The translations under genes and the position numbers were made by a program. DNA of 64,000 bases from Polaromonas sp. YR568. GTDB lineage: Bacteria > Pseudomonadota > Gammaproteobacteria > Burkholderiales > Burkholderiaceae_C. Each line of letters starts with the position of its first letter. Position 1 is the stretch's first letter. Positions 22,755 to 35,528 of this stretch are shown in pieces. The stretch covers positions 682 through 64,681 of the forward strand of contig CAMCUN010000004.1 of the NCBI GenBank assembly GCA_945878995.1, read 5' to 3'. The notes beneath the pieces are model-generated. The model searched no databases, had not been told where the DNA came from, and saw only the letters and a program-made list of their open reading frames with translations.

Positions 22755-22902
22755 ATACAGTTTGTCTTGGTGGGCGCTGGCCATGAAGCCCCACTTGCCA
22801 TGAGAAAATCGTGTAATGTTTTGTTGACTTTCATTGATCTGTCAGCCCAAAGCCGCTCTTGACCGTTGATCATTCAACGCTCGCTCATCCCAGAAAGTGT
22901 GT

Positions 22903-23403
22903 ATGCAACGTTCCAGCAAAGACCCGTGGGTCGGTTTGTTTGTCCTCGTGGGCGGACTCGCGGTGCTGTTTTTGGCCCTCAAAGCGGGCAATCTGCTCAC
23001 GGTCAGCTTGTCCGACAGCAACTACCCAGTCACAGCCCGGTTTGACAACATTGGCGGTCTCAAGCCCCGGGCTGCCGTGAAAAGCGCCGGTGTGGTGGTC
23101 GGTCGGGTCGAGTCTATTGGTTTTGACGACAAGAGCTACCAGGCCAGCGTGCGCCTGGCCTTGGACAAGCGCTTTGTGTTCCCCAAAGACAGCTCCCTGA
23201 AAATTCTCACCAGCGGCTTGCTGGGCGAGCAGTACATTGGCATAGAGGCCGGTGGCGACGAGAAAAACCTGGCCGCCGGCGACCTGATCACCACCACCCA
23301 ATCGGCCGTGGTGCTGGAAAACCTCATCAGCCAGTTTCTTTTCAGCAAGGCCGCTGAGCCAGGCGCACCGGCTGCAGGTCCTGCACCCGGAGGCAAGCCA
23401 TGA
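22903..23403 (+). CDS. mlaD: Outer-membrane lipid asymmetry protein MlaD (MCE domain)
   Basis: N-terminal TM anchor (VGLFVLVGGLAVLFLAL) and an MCE domain with GGLKPRAAVKSAGVVVGRV and SGLLGEQYIG. Confidence 0.9.
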   Translation: MQRSSKDPWVGLFVLVGGLAVLFLALKAGNLLTVSLSDSNYPVTARFDNIGGLKPRAAVKSAGVVVGRVESIGFDDKSYQASVRLALDKRFVFPKDSSLKILTSGLLGEQYIGIEAGGDEKNLAAGDLITTTQSAVVLENLISQFLFSKAAEPGAPAAGPAPGGKP

Positions 23404-24182
23404 GCTTGGGGGCTCTTTGCAGGGCGATGTTGGCTCTGTGCTTGGCGGTGCTGCTGTCGGGCTGTGCCACCACGGGCAAAGACCCGCGCGATCCCTGGGA
23501 GGGCTACAACCGCCAGATCACAGAGTTCAACCTCGTGCTCGATGAAAACGTGCTTGAGCCCGTGGCCAAGGGTTACCAGGCTGTGTTCCCGGGTCTGGTG
23601 CGCGCCGGAGTCAGTAATTTCTTTGGCAATCTGACCGACGTGTGGTCCACCGCCAACAACTTGCTGCAAGCCAAACCTCGGGAGACCACCGAAAGTTTGT
23701 TTCGCGTGAGCATTAACTCCACCCTGGGTTTGTTGGGCGTGATTGACGTGGCCACCGAGCTCAACATTCCCCGCCACAAGGAAGATTTTGGCCAAACCCT
23801 GGGGCGTTGGGGTGTGCCCCCTGGGCCTTATCTGGTCTTGCCCGTGTTGGGGCCATCGACCCTGCGCGACACCGTTGCCTTGCCGGTGGACTGGAAGGGC
23901 GACTTGCTCAACATTTACGACATTGCTGTGCAATCGCCCTTGAGCGTGCTCAGGGTGGTGGACAAACGGGCCAATTATTTGGGCGCAGGCAATTTCCTGG
24001 ACGCCGCCGCCCTTGACAAATACACCTTTATTCGCGAGGCATATCTGCAGCGCCGCCGTGGCTCGCTGCCGCGCAACGCGCTGGTTGAGCTTGAGGAGCG
24101 CTACGACCTGCCTGAACCCGGCACGCCTTCTGCGCCTGCGACTCCCTCTGCCAGACCTCAACCGGGTGCAGCAGCGCCTTGA
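23400..24182 (+). CDS. mlaA: MlaA/VacJ family lipoprotein
   Basis: Lipobox LLSGC, then DPWEGYNRQITEFN, NFFGNL and LGRWGVPPGPYLVLPVLGPSTLRD, the canonical VacJ motifs. Confidence 0.9.
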   Translation: MSLGALCRAMLALCLAVLLSGCATTGKDPRDPWEGYNRQITEFNLVLDENVLEPVAKGYQAVFPGLVRAGVSNFFGNLTDVWSTANNLLQAKPRETTESLFRVSINSTLGLLGVIDVATELNIPRHKEDFGQTLGRWGVPPGPYLVLPVLGPSTLRDTVALPVDWKGDLLNIYDIAVQSPLSVLRVVDKRANYLGAGNFLDAAALDKYTFIREAYLQRRRGSLPRNALVELEERYDLPEPGTPSAPATPSARPQPGAAAP

Positions 24183-24259
24183 TACAAAAACCCCTGAACC
24201 CTGGGCTGCAGCTTCTGGGCAGCCACGCAACTTTTGGCCCTTGACCCGATCAAACATTT

Positions 24260-24901
24260 ATGAACCGAAGAACCTTTCAACACCTGTGGTCCCTGGGCCT
24301 GGCTTTGGCACTGTCTTTGGGCGGCGCCAGCCTTCATGCCCAAAGCGCCGAGGGGCCAGACCAGCTCATCAAGCGCTTGTCCACCGACGTGCTGGACACC
24401 ATCAAGACCGACAAGGACGTGCAGTCTGGTGACGTGCGCAAGATAGTGACTTTTGTCGACGCCAAGGTCATGCCCCATGTGAACTTCACCCGCATGACCG
24501 CCTCGGCCGTGGGCCGCAACTGGCGCCAGGCCACGCCTGAGCAGCAAAAGCGCCTGCAAGACGAGTTCAAGACCATGTTGGTGCGCACCTACTCGGGCGC
24601 GCTCAGCCAGGTCAAGGACCAGACTGTGTCGGTCAAGCCGCTGCGGGCGGCTGCCACAGACACTGAGGTGATTGTGCGCAGCGAGGTGGTGGGCCGGGGC
24701 GAGCCCATTCAGCTCGACTACCGCATGGAAAAAGGCCAGGCAGGCTGGCGCATTTACGACCTCAACGTGCTGGGTTTCTGGCTGGTGGAAACCTACCGCG
24801 CGCAGTTTGCCCCAGAGATCACCGCCAACGGCATTGACGGGCTGATTTCAGCCCTGGCAGAGCGCAACAAGGCAGGCAGCGCGCCTGCCAAAAAGAGCTG
24901 A
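24260..24901 (+). CDS. mlaC: Periplasmic phospholipid-binding protein MlaC (Ttg2D family)
   Basis: 213 aa with a signal peptide. The FTRMTASAVGRNWRQATPEQQKRLQDEFKTMLVRTYS pattern is typical of MlaC. Confidence 0.85.
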   Translation: MNRRTFQHLWSLGLALALSLGGASLHAQSAEGPDQLIKRLSTDVLDTIKTDKDVQSGDVRKIVTFVDAKVMPHVNFTRMTASAVGRNWRQATPEQQKRLQDEFKTMLVRTYSGALSQVKDQTVSVKPLRAAATDTEVIVRSEVVGRGEPIQLDYRMEKGQAGWRIYDLNVLGFWLVETYRAQFAPEITANGIDGLISALAERNKAGSAPAKKS

Positions 24902-24909
24902 GCTGCGCC

Positions 24910-25233
24910 ATGGAAGTGCGCTTGCCCGCCGTGCTCACCCATGCGCAGGCCAACACCTGCGCCAAAGCGCTGCAAGCGGCACTCCGAATGGGCCAGTCTG
25001 GACCAGCCGTGGTGGTCAACGCCTCGGCCTTGAGGCAATTCGACTCCTCCGCGCTGGCCGTGTTGCTCGACTGCAGGCGCTTTGCGGTGTCTTTGGGTTT
25101 GTCCTTTGCGGTCGCGGGCATGCCGCCGCGCCTGCGTCAGCTCGCGGGCCTCTATGGCTTGGCCGAGTTGGTACCCGCCGCCTCTGAAGCCGCTCCTGTC
25201 TCAGCCCCAGAATCCGCGCCAGCGGCCCCCTGA
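24910..25233 (+). CDS. mlaB: STAS-domain protein MlaB
   Basis: 107 aa. It has STAS-like features (ASALRQFDSSALAVLLDCRR) and occupies the last position of the mla operon. Confidence 0.75.
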   Translation: MEVRLPAVLTHAQANTCAKALQAALRMGQSGPAVVVNASALRQFDSSALAVLLDCRRFAVSLGLSFAVAGMPPRLRQLAGLYGLAELVPAASEAAPVSAPESAPAAP

Positions 25234-25295
25234 ATCCAGGGCTTGCCCCCCGCTGCGGGCTCACAAGACCCATCGCCCCGTAAAATACTCGGCTA

Positions 25296-26234
25296 ATGCC
25301 AGCTGTCTCTTTTCAATCTGTCTCTAAGCACTATCCCTCACGCGGCACAGGCTCGGCCGTCCAGGCCCTGGACCAGGTGAGTTTTGACATTGAGCAAGGC
25401 GAGTTTTTTGGCCTGCTCGGCCCCAACGGCGCAGGCAAAACCAGCTTGATCAGCATTTTGGCCGGCTTGTCCCGCGCCAGTGCCGGCTCGGTCAAGGTGC
25501 ACGGCCACGATGTGTACACCGACTACGCCCAGGCCAGGCGCCTGTTGGGCGTGGTGCCGCAAGAGCTGGTTTTCGACCCTTTTTTTACGGTGCGCGAGTC
25601 CTTGCGCATCCAGTCCGGCTACTTTGGCATCAGGAACAACGGCGCGTGGATAGACGAGCTGCTGGAATGCCTGGGCCTGACCGACAAGGCGGGCGCCAAC
25701 ATGCGCCAGCTCTCGGGCGGCATGAAGCGCCGCGTGCTGGTGGCCCAAGCCTTGGTGCACAAGCCGCCTGTCATCGTGCTCGACGAGCCCACCGCTGGCG
25801 TGGACGTGGAGCTGCGCCAAACCCTGTGGCAGTTCATCGCCCGGCTCAACCGCGAGGGCAGCACGGTGTTGCTGACCACCCATTACCTGGAAGAGGCCGA
25901 GGCCTTGTGCGGCCGCATTGCGATGCTCAAGCAAGGCCGCATGGTGGCGCTGGCCTCGTGCTCGGACCTGCTCAAAAACGCCACCTCCAATGTGCTGCGC
26001 TTCAAGCTCGACCGCGAGCTGCCGCCGGCCTTGGCCGCCAAAGCCCGGGTGACCGGCCGCGTGGTGCAGTTTCCGGCGCACGACGCGCTGGAGATTGAGC
26101 AGTACCTGGCGGCGGTGCGCGAGGCGGGGCTGGCGGTGGAAGACGTGGAAATTCGCAAGGCCGACTTGGAAGACGTGTTTCTCGAGGTCATGGCCTGCCA
26201 AGCCGAGAGTCAGCCGCGGAAAGGCCAGTCATGA
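25296..26234 (+). CDS. ABC-2 type transporter ATP-binding protein (YadG-like)
   Basis: Walker A GPNGAGKTS, signature LSGGMKRRVLVAQAL and Walker B VIVLDEPTAGVD. It is paired with a downstream ABC-2 permease. Confidence 0.88.
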   Translation: MPAVSFQSVSKHYPSRGTGSAVQALDQVSFDIEQGEFFGLLGPNGAGKTSLISILAGLSRASAGSVKVHGHDVYTDYAQARRLLGVVPQELVFDPFFTVRESLRIQSGYFGIRNNGAWIDELLECLGLTDKAGANMRQLSGGMKRRVLVAQALVHKPPVIVLDEPTAGVDVELRQTLWQFIARLNREGSTVLLTTHYLEEAEALCGRIAMLKQGRMVALASCSDLLKNATSNVLRFKLDRELPPALAAKARVTGRVVQFPAHDALEIEQYLAAVREAGLAVEDVEIRKADLEDVFLEVMACQAESQPRKGQS

Positions 26235-27004
26235 AAGACAAGTTTTTGACCGGTGGCTGGCAGACCCTGCTGTACAAAGAAGTGCTGCGCTTTTGGAAGG
26301 TGGCTGGCCAAACCGTGGGCGCGCCCATCCTCACCTCGGTGCTCTACATGCTGATCTTTGGCCATGTGATGGCCGACCATGTGAAGGTCTACGACACCGT
26401 CAGCTACACCGCTTTTTTGGTGCCAGGTCTCGTGATGATGAGCGTGCTGCAAAACGCCTTTGCCAACAGCTCTTCGTCCATGGTGCAAAGCAAGGTCATG
26501 GGCAACCTGGTGTTTTTGCTGCTCACGCCGCTGTCGCACTGGCATTGGTTCATTGCCTATGTGGGCTCGTCGGTGCTGCGCGGTTTGGCTGTGGGCCTGG
26601 GCGTGCTGGTCGTGACATCCTTGTATGGCCAGCCCGGCCTCCTGCACCCGATGTGGGCGCTGGCTTTTGCCGTGCTCGGCGCGGCCTTGCTGGGCTCGTT
26701 GGGTCTGATTGCCGGTTTGTGGGCTGATAAATTTGACCAAATGGCGGTGTTCCAGAACTTTGTGATCATGCCCATGACGTTTTTAAGCGGCGTGTTTTAT
26801 TCCATCCATTCGCTGCCGCCTTTTTGGCAAACCATCAGCCACCTCAACCCGTTCTTCTACATGATTGACGGCTTTCGCTACGGCTTTTTTGGCGTGAGTG
26901 ACATCTCGCCCTGGATCAGCTTGGCCATGGTGGCTGCAGCTTGGCTGGCGGTCAGCGCCACCGCCTTGCACCTGCTCAAAATTGGCTACAAGATCCGCCA
27001 CTGA
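26231..27004 (+). CDS. ABC-2 type transporter permease (YadH-like)
   Basis: 257 aa with six hydrophobic segments. ATGA overlap with the ATPase gene. Confidence 0.85.
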   Translation: MKDKFLTGGWQTLLYKEVLRFWKVAGQTVGAPILTSVLYMLIFGHVMADHVKVYDTVSYTAFLVPGLVMMSVLQNAFANSSSSMVQSKVMGNLVFLLLTPLSHWHWFIAYVGSSVLRGLAVGLGVLVVTSLYGQPGLLHPMWALAFAVLGAALLGSLGLIAGLWADKFDQMAVFQNFVIMPMTFLSGVFYSIHSLPPFWQTISHLNPFFYMIDGFRYGFFGVSDISPWISLAMVAAAWLAVSATALHLLKIGYKIRH

Positions 27005-27040
27005 CCGCATGCTGCCCGACCGGCCACCTCGAGACCTGAC

Positions 27041-27283
27041 ATGACCTCCGAAGAACTCCAAGCCCTCATTGCCGCTGGCCTCGATTGCCAGCACCTCACC
27101 GTCTCTGGCGACGGCCGCCACTGGCAGGCCGTCATCGTCTCCAGCGCCTTTGAGGGTCAGCGCTTGATCCAGCGCCACCAGCGCGTCTACGCCACCTTGG
27201 GCAGACGCATGCAAACCGACGAGGTGCATGCCTTGTCCATGAAAACGCTCACCCCGGCCGAATGGTCGGCGCAGCAAGGTTAA
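27041..27283 (+). CDS. ibaG: BolA-family protein IbaG
   Basis: 80 aa. It has [17 protein letters not shown] and [13 protein letters not shown] motifs. It lies immediately upstream of murA, as E. coli ibaG does. Confidence 0.85.
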   Translation: MTSEELQALIAAGLDCQHLTVSGDGRHWQAVIVSSAFEGQRLIQRHQRVYATLGRRMQTDEVHALSMKTLTPAEWSAQQG

Positions 27284-27288
27284 AGCCC

Positions 27289-28556
<1,268 letters not shown>

Positions 28557-28560
<4 letters not shown>

Positions 28561-29222
28561 TGGCCATGATCACGCTGGCCTTGTCCAAGGGCCGTATTTT
28601 TGACGACACCTTGCCGCTGCTGCGCGCTGCGGGCATTGAGGTGCTGGACGACCCGGAAAAATCCCGCAAGCTGATTTTGGCCACCAATCGGCCCGATTTG
28701 CGGGTGGTGCTGGTGCGTGCCACCGACGTGCCCACCTATGTGCAGCACGGCGGGGCCGACCTGGGCGTGGTGGGCAAAGACACGCTGCTCGAGTCGGGCA
28801 GCCAGGGCCTGTACCAGCCGCTGGACCTTCACATTTCCAAGTGCCGCATCAGCGTGGCCGTGCGCCAGGGCTTTGACTACGCCGCCGCTGTGCGCCAAGG
28901 CGCGCGCCTGAAGGTGGCCACCAAGTACGTGGCCATTGCCCGCGACTTTTTTGCCGCCAAGGGCGTGCATGTGGACCTGATCAAGCTCTACGGCAGCATG
29001 GAGCTGGCCCCGCTCACGGGCTTGGCCGACGCCATTGTCGATTTGGTCTCCACCGGCAACACGCTCAAGGCCAACCAGTTGATAGAGGTCGAGCAGATCA
29101 TGGACATCAGCGCCCGCTTGGTGGTCAACCAGACTGCGCTCAAGCTCAAGCAGGCGCGCATTCGCCAGATCATTGACGCCATGGCCCAGGCCTTGGCCCC
29201 TTCTACAGCCCCAACGGCTTGA
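28557..29222 (+). CDS. hisG: ATP phosphoribosyltransferase, short (HisZ-dependent) form
   Basis: [26 protein letters not shown] and [12 protein letters not shown] motifs. The ~220 aa length marks the short form. The start is ambiguous (GTG 28557, ATG 28560 or ATG 28566). Confidence 0.93.
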
Positions 29223-29240
29223 GTTTTTTGCCCCACCCCC

Positions 29241-30578
29241 ATGCCAGCCCAACCTTTGCACCTGTCCACTGCCCAAACCGACTTTGAAGCTGCCTTCAAG
29301 GCCCGCCTGCATTGGTCGGCCGACACCGATTCGGCCATCGAGCAGCGCGTGGCCGACATCCTGGCCGATGTGAAGCTGCGCGGCGATGCGGCGGTGCTCA
29401 CCTACACCGAGCGTTTTGACGGCCTCAACGCGCCCGACATGGCCGCGCTGGAGCTCAGCCAGGCCGAACTGAAGTCCGCCTTTGAGGGCCTGTCCGCCGC
29501 CCAGCGCGAGGCCTTGGAGTCGGCCGCGGCCCGGGTGCGCAGCTACCACGAGGCGCAGAAAAAAGCCTCGGGCGAGAGCTGGAGCTACCGCGATGCCGAC
29601 GGCACGCTCTTGGGCCAAAAAGTCACGCCGCTGGACCGCGTGGGCATTTACGTGCCCGGCGGCAAAGCGGCCTACCCGTCGTCGGTGCTGATGAACGCCA
29701 TCCCCGCCCAGGTGGCGGGTGTGGGCGAGATTCTTATGGTCGTGCCCACGCCCCGTGGCGAGAAAAACGCCTTGGTGCTGGCCGCCGCCTATGTGGCGGG
29801 CGTCAGCCGCGCCTTCACCATAGGCGGCGCCCAAGCCGTGGCGGCCTTGGCCTATGGCACGCAGACCATCCCTGGCGTCGACAAAATCACCGGCCCTGGC
29901 AACGCCTATGTGGCGGCCGCCAAGCGCCGCGTGTTTGGCACCGTGGGCATAGACATGATTGCCGGCCCGTCTGAGATTTTGGTGCTGGCCGACGGCTCCA
30001 CCCCCGCCGACTGGGTGGCCATGGATTTGTTCTCGCAGGCCGAGCACGACGAGCTGGCGCAAAGCATTTTGTTGTGCCCCGATGCGGCCTACATCGCCCA
30101 GGTGCAAGCGGCCATAGACCGCCTGCTGCCCGAGATGCCCAGGCGCGAGATCATCCGCCAAAGCCTGAACGGCCGTGGCGCGCTCATCCTCACGCGCAGC
30201 ATGGAAGAGGCCTGCGCCATCAGCAACCGCATTGCCCCTGAACACTTGGAAATCTCCAGCCACGAGCCTGGCCGCTGGGAGCCATTGCTCAAGCACGCGG
30301 GCGCCATTTTCATGGGCGCCTACACCAGCGAGTCGCTGGGCGACTACTGCGCCGGCCCCAACCATGTGCTGCCCACCAGCGGCACCGCGCGCTTTTCCAG
30401 CCCGCTGGGTGTCTACGATTTTCAAAAGCGCTCAAGCCTGATTGAGGTCAGTGCGGCAGGCGCGCAGGTGCTGGGCCGCATTGCCGCCGAGCTGGCTTAC
30501 GGCGAGGGCCTGCAGGCCCACGCCCGCGCGGCCGAAATGCGGCTGAACCCTGTTCCCCCCATGAGGAAAACCGCGTGA
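29241..30578 (+). CDS. hisD: Histidinol dehydrogenase
   Basis: 445 aa. [32 protein letters not shown] and APEHLE motifs. Confidence 0.95.
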   Translation: MPAQPLHLSTAQTDFEAAFKARLHWSADTDSAIEQRVADILADVKLRGDAAVLTYTERFDGLNAPDMAALELSQAELKSAFEGLSAAQREALESAAARVRSYHEAQKKASGESWSYRDADGTLLGQKVTPLDRVGIYVPGGKAAYPSSVLMNAIPAQVAGVGEILMVVPTPRGEKNALVLAAAYVAGVSRAFTIGGAQAVAALAYGTQTIPGVDKITGPGNAYVAAAKRRVFGTVGIDMIAGPSEILVLADGSTPADWVAMDLFSQAEHDELAQSILLCPDAAYIAQVQAAIDRLLPEMPRREIIRQSLNGRGALILTRSMEEACAISNRIAPEHLEISSHEPGRWEPLLKHAGAIFMGAYTSESLGDYCAGPNHVLPTSGTARFSSPLGVYDFQKRSSLIEVSAAGAQVLGRIAAELAYGEGLQAHARAAEMRLNPVPPMRKTA

Positions 30579-31675
30579 ACAGCTCCTTGGACCCCCAAAT
30601 GGCCCGCCTGATCCGCCCCGACGTGCAGGCCATGCACGCCTATACCGTCCAGGACTCGGCAGGCATGGTCAAGCTCGACGCCATGGAGAACCCGCACCGC
30701 CTGCCGCCCGCCTTGCAGGCCGAGCTGGGCCAGCGCCTGGGCGCGCTGGCGCTCAACCGCTATCCCGACTCCCGCATCCACACCTTGCACCAGGCCTTGA
30801 CCGAGTACGCCCAAGTGCCCGAAGGCTTTGGCCTGATGCTGGGCAACGGCTCTGACGAGCTGATTTCCCTGCTGGCCCTGGCCTGCGCGCAGCCTGGCGC
30901 CCGCGTGCTGGCCCCCGTGCCCGGCTTTGTGATGTACGCCATGAGCGCTCAGTTGCAAGGACTGCAGTTCACGGGTGTGCCGCTGACTGTCGATTTTGAG
31001 CTGGACCTGCCCGCCATGCTGGCCGCCATCGCGCAGGACAAGCCCGCCATCACTTACCTGGCCTACCCCAACAACCCCACGGCCAACCTCTGGGACGATG
31101 AGGCTGTCGAGGCCATCGTCGAGGCTGTGGGCCAGCAAGGCGGTTTGGTCGTCATGGACGAGGCCTACCAGCCTTTTGCCAGCAAAAGCTACATGAAGCG
31201 CCTGGCTGGCCACCGCCATGTGCTGCTCATGCGCACCCTGAGCAAATTTGGCTTGGCCGGTGTGCGCCTGGGCTACATGGTCGGTCCGCAAGCGCTGATC
31301 GATCAGATCGACAAGGTGCGCCCGCCTTACAACATCAGCGTGCTCAACTGCGAATGCGCGCTCTTTGCACTGGAACACCGCGCCGAGTTTGCGCAGCAAG
31401 CCAGCGCTTTGGTGCAAGCGCGCGAGCAGCTGATCGCCGACTTGGCCCTGCTGCCCGGTGTGCAGCCCTTCAAGAGCGACGCCAACATGGTGCTGGTGCG
31501 CCTGGCTGGGGACGGTGAGCGCGCCGCCTCGGTCTTTGATGGGATGAAATCGCGCGGTGTGCTGGTGAAAAACGTTTCTAAGATGCATGCTTTGCTCACC
31601 AACTGCCTGCGCCTGACCGTGGGCACCGCCGACGAAAACCGGCAGATGCTGCAAGCCCTCCAACAAAGCCTATGA
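30575..31675 (+). CDS. hisC: Histidinol-phosphate aminotransferase
   Basis: 366 aa class-II aminotransferase. LDAMENP, NGSDELI, the [17 protein letters not shown]-lysine motif, and its position in the his operon. Confidence 0.93.
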   Translation: MNSSLDPQMARLIRPDVQAMHAYTVQDSAGMVKLDAMENPHRLPPALQAELGQRLGALALNRYPDSRIHTLHQALTEYAQVPEGFGLMLGNGSDELISLLALACAQPGARVLAPVPGFVMYAMSAQLQGLQFTGVPLTVDFELDLPAMLAAIAQDKPAITYLAYPNNPTANLWDDEAVEAIVEAVGQQGGLVVMDEAYQPFASKSYMKRLAGHRHVLLMRTLSKFGLAGVRLGYMVGPQALIDQIDKVRPPYNISVLNCECALFALEHRAEFAQQASALVQAREQLIADLALLPGVQPFKSDANMVLVRLAGDGERAASVFDGMKSRGVLVKNVSKMHALLTNCLRLTVGTADENRQMLQALQQSL

Positions 31676-32283
31676 CCTTACTCACCCCGGCCACCCCTCG
31701 CACTGCAGAGGTCAGCCGCCACACGGCAGAGACCAAGATCACCGTCAAGCTCAATTTGGACGGCACGGGCCAGTCGCGGCTGTCGACCGGCATTGGTTTT
31801 TTTGACCACATGCTCGACCAAATCGCCCGCCACGGCCTCATCGATTTGGACATCGTCTGCGAGGGCGACCTGCACATCGACGGCCACCACACCGTGGAAG
31901 ACGTGGGCATCACCCTGGGCCAAGCCATTGCCAAGGCCGTGGGCGACAAAAAAGGCCTGCGCCGCTACGGCCATGCCTACGTGCCCTTGGACGAAGCGCT
32001 GTCGCGCGTGGTGGTTGATTTTTCAGGCCGGCCCGGCTTGGTGATGCATGTGCCCTTCAAGAGCGGCATGATTGGCCAGTTCGACACCCAACTGGCCTAT
32101 GAGTTTTTTCAGGGCCTGGTGAACCACGCTTTTATCACCTTGCACATTGACAACCTGCGCGGTGAAAACGCCCACCACCAGGCCGAGACCGTGTTCAAGG
32201 CCGTGGCCCGGGCGCTGCGCATGGCGCTGGAAATCGACCCCCGCGCCGCCGGCACCATTCCCTCGACCAAGGGATCTCTTTGA
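31672..32283 (+). CDS. hisB: Imidazoleglycerol-phosphate dehydratase
   Basis: [39 protein letters not shown] and [14 protein letters not shown] motifs. Confidence 0.95.
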   Translation: MTLLTPATPRTAEVSRHTAETKITVKLNLDGTGQSRLSTGIGFFDHMLDQIARHGLIDLDIVCEGDLHIDGHHTVEDVGITLGQAIAKAVGDKKGLRRYGHAYVPLDEALSRVVVDFSGRPGLVMHVPFKSGMIGQFDTQLAYEFFQGLVNHAFITLHIDNLRGENAHHQAETVFKAVARALRMALEIDPRAAGTIPSTKGSL

Positions 32284-32319
32284 TCTCTGGCCTGCTTTCC
32301 TTGGCGCTGCCTGTCTCCC

Positions 32320-32994
32320 ATGTCCTCTAAAACTGTTGCAGTCGTCGATTACGGCTCGGGCAACCTGCGGTCGGTCTCGCAAGCCGTGATGCATGTGGCG
32401 CAAGCCACTGGCCACGATGTCAAGGTCACGGCGAGTGCCGCTGAAGTGATGGCCGCCGACCGCGTGGTCTTGCCCGGCCAAGGCGCCATGCCCGACTGCA
32501 TGCGCGCGCTGGACGAATCGGGCTTGCGCCAGGCCGTGCTGCACGCCGCCGCCCACAAACCTCTTTTTGGCGTGTGCGTGGGCATGCAAATGCTGCTGGA
32601 CCAAAGCCACGAGGGCAGCTCTGGCGAGCCCACCCCAGCGCTGGGTGTGATTCCAGGCGAGGTGCTGCGTTTTGAGTTGGCCGGGCGCCTGCAGCCCGAT
32701 GGCAGCCGCTTCAAGGTGCCGCAAATGGGTTGGAACCAGGTCCTGCAAACCCCAAGCGCCTCAGGGCCCCATGCGCTGTGGCAAGGCATTCCCGATGCCG
32801 CCTACTTTTACTTTGTGCACAGTTTTTACGCCCGTCCGTCGGATGCGCGCCACACCGTGGGCGAGGCCGACTACGGTGGCCGCTTTACGGCGGCCTTGGC
32901 CCGAGATAATATTTTTGCAACCCAGTTTCACCCGGAAAAAAGCGCCGAGCATGGCTTGATGCTTTACCGGAATTTTTTGCACTGGCAGCCTTGA
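32320..32994 (+). CDS. hisH: Imidazole glycerol phosphate synthase, glutamine amidotransferase subunit
   Basis: [20 protein letters not shown], the GVCVGMQML catalytic Cys, and [10 protein letters not shown]. Confidence 0.95.
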   Translation: MSSKTVAVVDYGSGNLRSVSQAVMHVAQATGHDVKVTASAAEVMAADRVVLPGQGAMPDCMRALDESGLRQAVLHAAAHKPLFGVCVGMQMLLDQSHEGSSGEPTPALGVIPGEVLRFELAGRLQPDGSRFKVPQMGWNQVLQTPSASGPHALWQGIPDAAYFYFVHSFYARPSDARHTVGEADYGGRFTAALARDNIFATQFHPEKSAEHGLMLYRNFLHWQP

Positions 32995-33072
32995 ATCATC
33001 TGCTTTTCGGCTGCCCTTTTTGCTCACCCGTCCCGCCAATATTGGCTTTTTTTGGCTCTGCCTGCCCCGAAC

Positions 33073-33813
33073 ATGCTTCTCATTCCTGCCATTGACCTGA
33101 AAGACGGACAGTGCGTGCGCCTCAAGCAAGGCGATATGGACCAGGTCACCACCTTCGGGGAAGACCCGGCCGCCATGGCCAGGATCTGGGTGGACAAAGG
33201 CGCGCGGCGCCTGCATTTGGTGGACCTCAACGGCGCTTTTGCGGGCAAGCCCAAAAACGAGCAGGCCATCCGCAAAATCCTCAAAGAAGTGGGCAGCGAG
33301 GTCGAGGTGCAACTTGGCGGCGGAATCCGCGACCTCGACACCATTGAGCGCTACCTCGATGCCGGCCTGCGCTACGTGATCATTGGCACCGCGGCCGTGA
33401 GAAATCCGGGCTTTTTGCAAGACGCTTGCACCGCCTTTGGCGGCCACATCATCGTCGGCCTCGATGCCAAGGACGGCAAAGTTGCCACCGACGGCTGGAG
33501 CAAACTCACCGGTCACGAGGTGGTGGACCTGGCCAAAAAATTCCAGGACTACGGCGTTGAGTCGGTAATTTACACCGACATTGGCCGCGACGGCATGCTC
33601 TCGGGCATCAACATCGAGGCCACTGTGCGCCTGGCCCGGGCGCTGACGATTCCGGTCATTGCCTCGGGCGGCTTGTCCAACCTGGCTGACATTGAGGCCT
33701 TGTGCGAGGTGGAGTTCGAGGGCGTGGAGGGCGTCATTTGTGGCCGCTCCATCTACACCGGCGATTTGGACTTTGCGGCCGGCCAGGCCAGGGCCGACGA
33801 ATTGAACGGCTAA
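33073..33813 (+). CDS. hisA: 1-(5-phosphoribosyl)-5-[(5-phosphoribosylamino)methylideneamino]imidazole-4-carboxamide isomerase
   Basis: [47 protein letters not shown] and ASGG motifs. Confidence 0.95.
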   Translation: MLLIPAIDLKDGQCVRLKQGDMDQVTTFGEDPAAMARIWVDKGARRLHLVDLNGAFAGKPKNEQAIRKILKEVGSEVEVQLGGGIRDLDTIERYLDAGLRYVIIGTAAVRNPGFLQDACTAFGGHIIVGLDAKDGKVATDGWSKLTGHEVVDLAKKFQDYGVESVIYTDIGRDGMLSGINIEATVRLARALTIPVIASGGLSNLADIEALCEVEFEGVEGVICGRSIYTGDLDFAAGQARADELNG

Positions 33814-33879
33814 GACCTCCCGCCTGCCTCACGGTGTCGGCCAGTGCGGCCGCCCTTTATTTTTCAAAAACCCCACGCC

Positions 33880-34659
33880 ATGCTTGCCAAACGAATCATT
33901 CCCTGCCTCGACGTGACGGGCGGCCGCGTGGTCAAGGGCGTGAATTTTGTGGAACTGCGCGACGCGGGCGACCCGGTGGAAATTGCCGCCCGTTACAACG
34001 ACCAAGGCGCCGACGAGCTCACCTTTTTAGACATCACAGCCACCAGTGACGGCCGCGATTTGATCTTGCACATCATCGAGGCCGTGGCCTCGCAGGTGTT
34101 CATTCCGCTCACCGTGGGGGGTGGCGTGCGCACGGTGGACGACGTGCGCCGGCTGCTCAACGCGGGCGCCGACAAAACCAGTTTTAACTCGGCCGCCCTG
34201 GCCAACCCGCAAGTCATCAACGATGCCTCGCAAAAATACGGCGCCCAGTGCATTGTGGTGGCCATAGACGCCAAGCGCCGCAGCGACGAAGACGCCCTTG
34301 TGCGCGGTGCAGGCTGGGACGTGTACAGCCACGGCGGGCGCAAAAACACGGGGCTGGACGCCGTGGCCTGGGCCAGCGAGATGGCCAGGCGCGGGGCAGG
34401 TGAGATTTTGCTCACCAGCATGGACCGCGACGGCACCAAGTCCGGCTTTGACCTGGCGCTCACCCGCGCCGTCAGCGACGCCGTCAGCGTGCCTGTGATT
34501 GCCTCAGGCGGCGTGGGCACGCTGGACCACCTGGCCGATGGCGTGCAACAAGGCGGCGCCGACGCCGTACTGGCCGCCAGCATCTTTCACTATGGCGACT
34601 TCACCGTCGGGCAGGCCAAGCAGCGCATGGCCGAGCGCGGCATTCCCGTCAGGCTTTGA
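33880..34659 (+). CDS. hisF: Imidazole glycerol phosphate synthase, cyclase subunit
   Basis: [45 protein letters not shown] and ASGGVG motifs. Confidence 0.95.
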   Translation: MLAKRIIPCLDVTGGRVVKGVNFVELRDAGDPVEIAARYNDQGADELTFLDITATSDGRDLILHIIEAVASQVFIPLTVGGGVRTVDDVRRLLNAGADKTSFNSAALANPQVINDASQKYGAQCIVVAIDAKRRSDEDALVRGAGWDVYSHGGRKNTGLDAVAWASEMARRGAGEILLTSMDRDGTKSGFDLALTRAVSDAVSVPVIASGGVGTLDHLADGVQQGGADAVLAASIFHYGDFTVGQAKQRMAERGIPVRL

Positions 34660-34708
34660 ACGCTTGGCAAGCAGCGGCTCAGCCGCTGCCTTCACGTAAG
34701 ATGACTTT

Positions 34709-35104
34709 ATGAATTGGCTCGATCAAGTCAAGTGGGACGCCCAAGGCCTGGTGCCCGCCATTGCGCAAGAGGCCGGCTCTGGCGACGTGTTGATGTTCGC
34801 CTGGATGAACCGCGAGGCCCTGGAAAAAACCGCCGAATTGGGCCGCGCCGTGTACTTCAGCCGCTCGCGCGGCAAGCTCTGGTTCAAGGGCGAGGAATCT
34901 GGCCATGTGCAAACCGTGCACGACATCCGCTTGGACTGCGACCACGATGTGGTGCTGCTCAAGGTCACACAAGCCGGTGAAGACACGGCCATTGCCTGCC
35001 ACACCGGGCGCCACAGCTGCTTTTTTCAGCGCTACGAAGGCGGTCAGTGGCACACGGTCGAGCCGGTGCTCAAAGACCCTGCACAGATTTATAAAAAACC
35101 ATGA
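34709..35104 (+). CDS. hisI: Phosphoribosyl-AMP cyclohydrolase
   Basis: [37 protein letters not shown] and [11 protein letters not shown] motifs. Confidence 0.93.
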   Translation: MNWLDQVKWDAQGLVPAIAQEAGSGDVLMFAWMNREALEKTAELGRAVYFSRSRGKLWFKGEESGHVQTVHDIRLDCDHDVVLLKVTQAGEDTAIACHTGRHSCFFQRYEGGQWHTVEPVLKDPAQIYKKP

Positions 35105-35490
35105 GCTCCCACGACCCTTCCCTGGACGCGCTGGCCCGCTTGGCCGCCGTCATTGAAAGCCGCAAGCCAGCCCATGGCGGCGATCCCGACAAAAGCTATG
35201 TAGCCCGCCTGCTGGCCAAAGGGCCGGACGCCTTTCTCAAAAAGATTGGCGAAGAGGCCACCGAGACCGTGATGGCGGCCAAAGACCTGGACCGGGAATT
35301 CAGCCCCGCGCTGCAGGCCAAATTGGTCGGCGAGGTGGCCGATTTGTGGTTTCACTCCATGATTGCGCTGGCGCACTACGGCCTCCAACCTGCCGATGTG
35401 GTGGCCGAGTTGGAGCGCCGTGAAGGCACCAGTGGCATCGAAGAAAAGGCCTTGCGCAAGGCCCAAGCCCGCGAAGCCGCGGAAAAATAG
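35101..35490 (+). CDS. hisE: Phosphoribosyl-ATP pyrophosphatase
   Basis: [24 protein letters not shown] and [13 protein letters not shown] motifs. ATGA overlap with hisI. Confidence 0.9.
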   Translation: MSSHDPSLDALARLAAVIESRKPAHGGDPDKSYVARLLAKGPDAFLKKIGEEATETVMAAKDLDREFSPALQAKLVGEVADLWFHSMIALAHYGLQPADVVAELERREGTSGIEEKALRKAQAREAAEK

Positions 35491-35528
35491 CCTCGGGGAG
35501 CTGTTCCCTGTTCAACTGAAAGCCGGTC

